NCBI GenBank assembly: GCA_963790995.1
Contig: CAWBQQ010000002.1
Span: 94,547 to 158,546, forward strand
Origin: an uncultured Bacteroidota bacterium
Lineage (GTDB): Bacteria > Bacteroidota > Ignavibacteria > Kryptoniales > JAKASW01
Length of the DNA stretch: 64,000 nucleotides
Direction: 5' to 3'
The translations under genes were made by a program, and so were the position numbers. The notes below the pieces were generated by a model. It was not told the DNA's origin. It saw only the letters and a program-made list of their open reading frames with translations, and made no database searches. This document shows positions 57,859 to 64,000 of this stretch, in pieces. Numbering within the stretch: position 1 is the first letter of the stretch; each line of letters starts with the position of its first letter.

Positions 57859-57887
57859 CAGTTCGACGGGCATTTTTGCCTGTCATT
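57859..57887. repeat. REP-like hairpin immediately 3' of the RAYT-like gene
   Basis: The unit is CAGTTCGACGGGCATTTTTGCCTGTCATT. Confidence 0.75.
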
Positions 57888-57893
57888 AGATAA

Positions 57894-58346
57894 TTATTCT
57901 TCTTCATTCAAATACCATCCCACATACTTCTCCGGCTCTTCTGTCAGTTCTTTCTTCACCGGATTATTGTACATATAGTTTAGCTCATTCTTGAACTCGA
58001 CATCATTACGCACTATTCGATCATACGACTCATCCTGCCAGACTTGCCCTCCGGTTCCTCTGTGCAAATTGATCTTATGCGCCGAGACACCTTTCATTCC
58101 ATGCATAACGCGGCTGAGAGTTACGCTTTCATTCGGCTGAATGAGAAGGTGGGCATGATCCGGCATCACCATGGCGGCATAGCAATGATAGAAAGCTCCA
58201 TTCCCTTCCTTGATATGTTCTAAGACGATACGTTGTTCCTCTTCGTCAAAAAATATTCCTCTTGCAGCATGGAGCGTAACAAAATAAACGGATCCTTCGA
58301 GAGTCCAATGCGGCAGATGCCGCCGTGTAATTCTCAATTCAACCAT
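57894..58346 (-). CDS. REP-associated tyrosine transposase-like protein (RAYT; IS200/IS605-type HUH Y1 transposase fold)
   Basis: This is a 150-aa ORF. It has the N-terminus RRHLPHWTLEGSVYFVT, the HUH motif in MVMPDHAHLLIQP, and the Tyr region VWQDESYDRIVRNDVEFKNELNYMYNNPVKKEL, as in RAYT/TnpA-REP proteins. Confidence 0.75.
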   Translation of the reverse strand: MVELRITRRHLPHWTLEGSVYFVTLHAARGIFFDEEEQRIVLEHIKEGNGAFYHCYAAMVMPDHAHLLIQPNESVTLSRVMHGMKGVSAHKINLHRGTGGQVWQDESYDRIVRNDVEFKNELNYMYNNPVKKELTEEPEKYVGWYLNEEE

Positions 58347-58358
58347 AATCTTTCAATG

Positions 58359-58577
58359 TTGTTCGACCGACATTCTTGTCGGTCATTCACATTCCTGCAT
58401 CCTGCTCGACAGGCATTCCTGCGTGTCATTCAAGCAATAAGGGGACACTCAAGAATGAGTGTCCGACAACAAATGAATGTCTGACAAGTGAGTGTCCGAC
58501 AGTGATTCAATTCGACAAACAATCGTGTCTTGTTCGACAAACGCGCTAGCGTTCGACAGACATTCTTGTCTGTCAGT
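58359..58577. repeat. Dense cluster of about 8 REP-like units (both orientations, full and partial) between the RAYT-like gene and cas7
   Basis: Full and near-full units are at 58359-58387 (GACCGAC/GTCGGTC stem), 58402-58430, 58441-58472 (type 2, GGACACTC/GAGTGTCC) and 58549-58577 (consensus unit). Half units are at 58473-58502, and degenerate units at 58508-58546. Confidence 0.85.
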
Positions 58578-58578
58578 T

Positions 58579-59424
58579 CTACAATTTCTCTTCTATCGAA
58601 ACGCCATTCGGAAGTTTGTCTCTTTCAATAGAAACTTCATAATCATTCCACGCACGCGGGAGCACAACCTCCTTTTTCTTTTCAACCTTCACTCGCTCGA
58701 AGAGTTCTCCTGCTCTTGCATTGCCAAGATGGCTTTCGTGTTTGAATACGATGAGCTTTCTTGGATTCATTTCTCCACGCGCCGCAGAGCGATCATGCTC
58801 AAAAGCATTCACTAATGCTTCCCACAACAAACTCAAATCGTCTTCGGAGAAACCAGTCTTTGCCGCATCAACTGCCGAGACAAATCCGTGCATCCTGTAA
58901 AGACCATATGGGACAGTAGATTTCCTGCCTATGGTTGATGCAAATTCCCTCTTTTCTTGCTTTTTCGCTTCCTCTTCAGTCGCAACCGCTTGGCGCGTAA
59001 TAGAGTGCTCAGCTTGATAAACGCGGTCTTCAGAACGAGAAAATGTAAACTGTACAGGACCACGAACAGTACCTGCATTGTTCTCGCCTGTACTTAATAC
59101 AGCACCGAATGTCCGGATATCCCAGTAGCTTTTGCACAGATCAACCTGACGATCGTGTGGGGTCTTTCCCTTTGCTTTTTCTATGATATTATTCAAGATG
59201 TTTCCCTGACGAATGAAGATTTCAGGTCCATCTTCATTCCCCTGTGATTTCACTTCAACATAGTTCCGCACTTTGCGTTTGATGCAGACATCAGTCACCA
59301 ATCCCTCCTGATTCTCTGCATCGACGCGCGGAAGGTTGTCCTGATCAGGATCACCATTGGGATTTCCGTCCTTCACATCGAATAGGAATACAAAATCATA
59401 ACGGTTTTTAATTGTGGTTGCCAT
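58579..59424 (-). CDS. cas7: Type I-C Cas7 (Csd2)
   Basis: The product MATTIKNRYDFVFLFDVKDGNPNGDPDQDNLPRVDAENQEGLVTDVCIKRKVRNY is the canonical Csd2 N-terminus. GAGGAG lies upstream of the ATG at 59424. The ORF-track start at 59547 overlaps cas8c. Confidence 0.9.
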   Translation of the reverse strand: MATTIKNRYDFVFLFDVKDGNPNGDPDQDNLPRVDAENQEGLVTDVCIKRKVRNYVEVKSQGNEDGPEIFIRQGNILNNIIEKAKGKTPHDRQVDLCKSYWDIRTFGAVLSTGENNAGTVRGPVQFTFSRSEDRVYQAEHSITRQAVATEEEAKKQEKREFASTIGRKSTVPYGLYRMHGFVSAVDAAKTGFSEDDLSLLWEALVNAFEHDRSAARGEMNPRKLIVFKHESHLGNARAGELFERVKVEKKKEVVLPRAWNDYEVSIERDKLPNGVSIEEKL

Positions 59425-59428
59425 GGTA

Positions 59429-61210
59429 TTACTCCTCTTTATTACTTGATTTAGTTGAAAAATCTTTTTGCCGTTGGTGATAATACCCGATCGCAAAACT
59501 TGCCTGGTCTTCGAGTGAAAATACAGTCGGGAAGCGAGTGCCTTCAACTTTCGACATCAGTTCCTGCAATTTCTTGTCAAGATTTATTGCAAGCCCTGGC
59601 TTTTCTCCCTGAATCTTCGACAAGTGATGCTGAGTCAGCTTCATCAATCTTCCAAATGCAGTTGACGGCATTGTGGAGGCGAATGAAAAGAATCGTTCGC
59701 GGATACCTGCATTTAGATTGCCACCCGAAGCATGATATTGAATTGATTCGAGGACGGCAAAAATCTTTCCGCAGGTATATGCCGTATTTTCACCTGTTCC
59801 ATCCTGTTCAGACATAAGTTTACTCCTTTCGATTGGATTGTTTTTTCGTTTTAGATATAAGTTCAGAAGAGCAATGCGTTCAGCCGTCGCATTTCCCTGT
59901 GCTGCTCGAATTCTATTCAAGACAGCACTCAACAACCAGAGCGGCGGTGGTTGTCCCGTGACGGCACATTTCCAAAGCACCGCGCCAATTCTCCCGTATT
60001 GAACATCATTCGTGCTTTTGCTTTTCGCAGATTTAACCAATTCCCAGAAACGTGGATATTGTTTCACAAGTTTTTCGTGGTCTGGATCATACCGCTCAAT
60101 TTCGATGTCCCTAAACCACTTCGCCAAATTCGTCTGAAGATCTTTGAGACTTGTCACTATCCAATCTCGCACAGCAATTCGGGCCGCTGTCCCACTAAGC
60201 GTTATTGCGTAGAATGTGTCTCGCTCGATTTTAGTCGCAGATGTCTTGTGACCATCGTAAACAGAGTCGAACATTGCACGAACGGCGTCTTCGGTAGGGT
60301 TGTCGAGAATATCAAGAAGAGATGCCTCGGTGGATTTCCGAAGCCAGAAGACTACAGCGGTATCATCTGAAATATTCCTACGGTTCTTATAGATAAATAT
60401 CTCTTTGCCTTTATCATTAAGTTTTGAGGTACCGTTAGAAAGAAGCCAATTTAAAGCATCCACATAGGCACGCGCACATCTTGCGCAAACAGAAGAATTC
60501 TCATTTCCTCTTAAGCCATAGGATTCTGTTGCATTGAAGTTGTATGAGATGAGCGCGCAACCGGATGTTTGTCCGGCAGGCACGCGCTTGATCATCCCAT
60601 GTGGAAAATCGACAACGGGGAAAGACGACAACCCGCAAATCGAGCATTTGTCAAAACGACTGCTTTTCAATCTTACTTCTGACTCTTCTTCGAATCTACC
60701 AATTATAGCTTCGTAGATTGGATTTTGCTCATGGATTCGTTTTGCACCATTAGTTAAAAGAAACCCGATGTTCCCACTTCTTTCTTTTTCCGTGACCTCG
60801 CTTCCAAAAGCATGCAACGCTTTTTCAACACCGTTCTTTCTATTGGACTCATAAAATGAGAGAATAGGAGACAACCCCTTTACGTCTCTGTATTCATTTA
60901 GCTTATCGCGAAATAACTTATGTTTGAATTCAACTTGTTGCTTTGACTTTTCTCGTTTTTTCTTGTCCTTCTCTTTTTCATCGAAGAATCCCAGCACCTC
61001 TTCAGGTTTATCCACAAGAAGGCGAGCTTTCCCCTTTTTTGCAGTGATTCTCTCTGCCAACGTTTGCTGTTTATCATGCGCAATAAATTTCTTAAAGTTT
61101 CCTTTTTGATCGATTACACAATCGATGGACACTGGGACGTAATCGAGAGCATCGTGGGATAATTTTCCTTTCGGAAGTCTCCCTGAAAGTTCTACTAGTT
61201 CTTGAATCAT
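59429..61210 (-). CDS. cas8c: Type I-C large subunit Cas8c (Csd1)
   Basis: This is a 593-aa ORF positioned between cas5 and cas7 with 4-nt overlap coupling to cas5. Its size and N-terminus (MIQELVELSGRLPKG...) fit Csd1. Confidence 0.8.
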   Translation of the reverse strand: MIQELVELSGRLPKGKLSHDALDYVPVSIDCVIDQKGNFKKFIAHDKQQTLAERITAKKGKARLLVDKPEEVLGFFDEKEKDKKKREKSKQQVEFKHKLFRDKLNEYRDVKGLSPILSFYESNRKNGVEKALHAFGSEVTEKERSGNIGFLLTNGAKRIHEQNPIYEAIIGRFEEESEVRLKSSRFDKCSICGLSSFPVVDFPHGMIKRVPAGQTSGCALISYNFNATESYGLRGNENSSVCARCARAYVDALNWLLSNGTSKLNDKGKEIFIYKNRRNISDDTAVVFWLRKSTEASLLDILDNPTEDAVRAMFDSVYDGHKTSATKIERDTFYAITLSGTAARIAVRDWIVTSLKDLQTNLAKWFRDIEIERYDPDHEKLVKQYPRFWELVKSAKSKSTNDVQYGRIGAVLWKCAVTGQPPPLWLLSAVLNRIRAAQGNATAERIALLNLYLKRKNNPIERSKLMSEQDGTGENTAYTCGKIFAVLESIQYHASGGNLNAGIRERFFSFASTMPSTAFGRLMKLTQHHLSKIQGEKPGLAINLDKKLQELMSKVEGTRFPTVFSLEDQASFAIGYYHQRQKDFSTKSSNKEE

Positions 61211-61923
61211 GGCACTTCCTCCTCCGAAGACTCCTCCGCAAGATTGAATTCATGAATAAGTTGTCTAGGATACTCTGCAATTTCCTTGCGCGGATGTGAG
61301 CTTGAAAGTATTTGTTCGCCGTAGTCTTTGCTGCAATCCAACACCCCTTGCTTCACTGCAACATCGTAGAAAAACTTCGGCGTTGGAACGCCCTTCTCAT
61401 CGTACCACATATCAAGGAACATACTGCCAACAGGAATGTCTTCCGTAATAGATTTGTCGTTTTCATCAGGCAGAGAGAACTCTGCGGCAAATTCTCTTGT
61501 CCCAAGATATGGTCTGCGCCAACATTGACCTTTCCGCGCGCGACGATTAAACATTTCCATGTATTTCCTGGTAGGGTTTTTCACGGGTGAAGTCGCCTCG
61601 TGGACGGCCGCCTCGATGATATAAGCAACATCTTTCAGGATGATGCTATTGCGTTGTGCACGATCTTCTTCAACAATGATTGGCATCTTGCCCTGCTTCT
61701 TATTGATCTCATTTCTCTTTACAGAATAAAATTTCACAGGCTTGAGTACGAGGATGCGTTGCATATGCCACGCGAACTCGGGTTTCCAGAGAACACTATC
61801 CAGAATGCCACGCGCTGCCGATGGAGTCATGCAAGGATATGTCATGCGCTCAACTTTCAGATCGGGACGCGTAAAGCACGCAAACTCTCCCCACACTTTA
61901 AGTCTTACAGTATTGTCGTACAT
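61207..61923 (-). CDS. cas5: Type I-C Cas5 (Cas5d, pre-crRNA endoribonuclease)
   Basis: The sequence RLKVWGEFACFTRPDLKVERMTYPCMTPSAARGILDSVLWKPEF is the Cas5d signature. Confidence 0.9.
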   Translation of the reverse strand: MYDNTVRLKVWGEFACFTRPDLKVERMTYPCMTPSAARGILDSVLWKPEFAWHMQRILVLKPVKFYSVKRNEINKKQGKMPIIVEEDRAQRNSIILKDVAYIIEAAVHEATSPVKNPTRKYMEMFNRRARKGQCWRRPYLGTREFAAEFSLPDENDKSITEDIPVGSMFLDMWYDEKGVPTPKFFYDVAVKQGVLDCSKDYGEQILSSSHPRKEIAEYPRQLIHEFNLAEESSEEEVP

Positions 61924-61950
61924 ATTTTGTCCTTTCTATTTCAAAAATAT

Positions 61951-61980
61951 CCAGTCGGTCAGACATTCTTGTCTGACCAG
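61951..61980. repeat. REP-like hairpin in the cas3-cas5 gap
   Basis: The unit is CCAGTCGGTCAGACATTCTTGTCTGACCAG, with an 8-bp stem (GGTCAGAC/GTCTGACC) and an ATTCTT loop. Confidence 0.8.
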
Positions 61981-61991
61981 ATACAACTCTT

Positions 61992-63606
61992 CTAAAAGAC
62001 TGTCTCAACGTCTTCAGGCGCAATGCCAAGCTTTTGGTCATATTTGCCATGCCAAACTCTCAGAACATCTTTGATGTTTTCGATCTGTTTCTCGTTATTC
62101 CTCAGAAAATTCCGATATACCTGCACGCTGAATTGCTGAATTCTCCGATACTGTTCACGAGTGACAAACCCGCGGAAGATTAGCGACTCAGTGACTTCGT
62201 TCAGCAATGCTTTGCTCTCCTCGGAATAATCGGGGATGAATAAAGGTACAGTTGGACTTTCAATAATCTTATATTGCTCGCTGACGGTCTTGAAATTGAA
62301 ATCCTTCCGCTCCGCGGTGATATTGTATTTGTCAGCATCGACCAGCAATGCGACTCGTTTGTAATAGCCATGAAATGAGTCAATGTGATAAAGGAAATCC
62401 AGATCGTCCTTGATCAAGACTTCTGTCAAGCCTGCACAGGCCTCGTAAGTCCTATCTGGGAATCTCTGTTTCTCTAATTTGAAGATGACAACCTTGCCTT
62501 TCGCTTCGCCGGGATCACCGTTTCGGTTACATCTTCCAGCAGATTGGATCAACGCATCGAGAGGTGCCATGGCCCGATAAACGATTGGAAAATCTAAATC
62601 AACACCAGCTTCCACTAATTGTGTCGATACCACAGATATTCGCGTTTTATCCTTAAGATCTCGAACAATACATGAAATGATCTTCTTTCGATGATGAGGA
62701 CACATAGCTGTGGACAAATGATAATGTTCGTGGTATCCTTTGAAACTCGATATCCTTCCAAACAGCTCCATGGCAACAGATTTTGTATTGGCAATAACCA
62801 GAAAAGATTTTTTCTCTCTGGAAAGTTTCTCTTCCACAATGTCCATGGCACTCGGCTCGAGTTTGTTCAGCAATTTATAGTCCACACGCCGAGTGGAATC
62901 AAAATATATCTTCGAGTTTCTGATCAGCGGTCGGATTCTTTCGATCCCATCGAAGCCTTCACGCTTTTCAAATGCTGGCAATGTAGCCGTGCAGAACAAG
63001 AAACTGGTATTGGCAAGTGTATTGATGTTCTTCAGCATTATGACCGTGGGCTCCGCAATGTGTTTCGGCAAGGTCTGAATCTCGTCGAAGATTACTACGG
63101 ACTCGGAGATGTTATGATTTTTCCGACATTTGGACGATCTGTTGCTAAACAAAGATTCGAAGAACTGAACCGAAGTCGTTACAATGATCGGCGCATCCCA
63201 ATTTTCGCAAGCGAGGCGCTTTGCAAACGCGACGCTTTTGTCGAATTCTTCCTTGGCATATTGTTCATCATCGTCTATTATTCCAGAATGATGTTCCAGT
63301 ACAATGTTTTCACCAAAGATGTCTTTCAAAATCGATGCGGTTTGGTCAATGATATTGATATAGGGAAGAACAATGATGATCCGTTTCAAATGATTGTGCT
63401 TAGCATGGCGCAACGCCCAATACATTGACGTTAGAGTTTTTCCCAGTCCGGTCGGCAACTGAAGAGAGAAGAAACCATGCACTTCGTTTGCAGATCCCGT
63501 CACTTCAATTCTTGCTTTTGTTCGAAGTTCATTTATTATACCATCGGTTGGAAGTTGCTTGAATACTTCTTCGAGTTTGTCAAGCAAGCGTTCACATAAG
63601 CGGTCT
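61992..63606 (-). pseudogene. cas3: cas3 (helicase part only); 5' HD-nuclease region missing at the IS3 junction
   Basis: The helicase motifs are present: LQLPTGLGKTLTS (I), VIFDEIQTLP (II), FCTATLP (III) and QSAGRCNR (VI). Only about 45 residues precede motif I. The frame stays open (QDRLCER-LLDKLEE) right up to the IS end at 63607. Confidence 0.8.
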
Positions 63607-64000
63607 TGACCTGCCCCCCAAAAAGTGATCCAAAATAGACTTAGTAAAAAGGTATATTATGGATCAAAGGAGAAACGACAATGGGAAAGCCGCGACACAC
63701 GGTAGAAACAATTGTAGCAAAGCTGCGAGAAGCAGAAGTCATGATGGCAAAAGGCCAAACGCTGGCTGAGGTAGTCCGACAACTGGGGATCAGCGATGCA
63801 ACATATTACAAGTGGAGGAAGGAATACGGTGGACTTCAGGTGGATCAAGCAAAGCGGTACAAGGAGCTCGAGCAGGAGAACCAGCGTCTCCGGAAGGTGG
63901 TAGCAGATCTGACAATAGATAACTCAATACTGAAGGAAGCCGCACGGGGAAACTACTGAGCCCGGTGAAGAAACGCCGGGCGGTGGAAGAAGTTATGGAG
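63607..64000 (+). mobile_element. IS3-family insertion sequence, second copy (partial, continues beyond the window), inverted relative to copy 1
   Basis: The element starts TGACCTGCCCCCCAAAAAGTGATCC, identical to the 25328 end of copy 1. Its orfA differs from copy 1 by one residue (A to V). Confidence 0.9.
63681..63959 (+). CDS. IS3-family transposase OrfA (copy 2)
   Basis: This is a 92-aa ORF with 91 of 92 residues identical to the 24976-25254 product. orfB begins at GTG 63965 and runs off the window. Confidence 0.9.
   Translation: MGKPRHTVETIVAKLREAEVMMAKGQTLAEVVRQLGISDATYYKWRKEYGGLQVDQAKRYKELEQENQRLRKVVADLTIDNSILKEAARGNY

Overview
This is a 64-kb bacterial chromosomal window. It probably comes from an FCB-group organism (Ignavibacteria/Bacteroidota-like), inferred from a T9SS-type C-terminal sorting tail on a BNR-repeat protein and from overall gene content.

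Layout:
- 1-15 kb: housekeeping genes, mostly on the minus strand. They are a partial threonine aldolase, lnt, a PHP-like protein, DedA, ispF, acylphosphatase, a CDF transporter, class II aldolase, rsmB, rpmE, an MFS transporter, an acyl-CoA synthetase and a phosphoesterase.
- 15-23 kb: a KirBac-like K+ channel, then a tightly packed LexA-headed operon (lexA, DUF72, a RecA-fold protein, a 94-aa protein, and an archaeal-type family B polymerase that has lost its exonuclease motifs). The operon is divergent from a twice-frameshifted UvrD-like helicase.
- 24.1-25.3 kb: a complete IS3-family element. A near-identical inverted copy begins at 63.6 kb. The two copies bracket about 38 kb, and both inner IS ends cut open reading frames (a PIN gene and cas3).
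- Inside the bracket: an XRE-ImmA/PIN module, a restriction-modification-like operon (SPPY methyltransferase plus two nuclease candidates), membrane transporters, a GH2 enzyme, PAP2 paralogs and a large PAS hybrid histidine kinase.
- 54.7-63.6 kb: a decaying type I-C CRISPR-Cas locus.

The most unusual signal is in the I-C locus. A family of ATTCTT-loop hairpin repeats (REP-like, with compensatory stem changes) fills every intergenic gap of the cas operon and sits in frame inside cas4 and cas1. A RAYT-type HUH/Y1 transposase gene, a hicBA pair and a duplicated cas4 5' fragment lie between cas7 and cas4. The CRISPR array has only two spacers, and cas3 has lost its HD-domain region at an IS junction.

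Five genes are split by frameshifts that all displace the frame by +1. This may be a systematic assembly error rather than biology.
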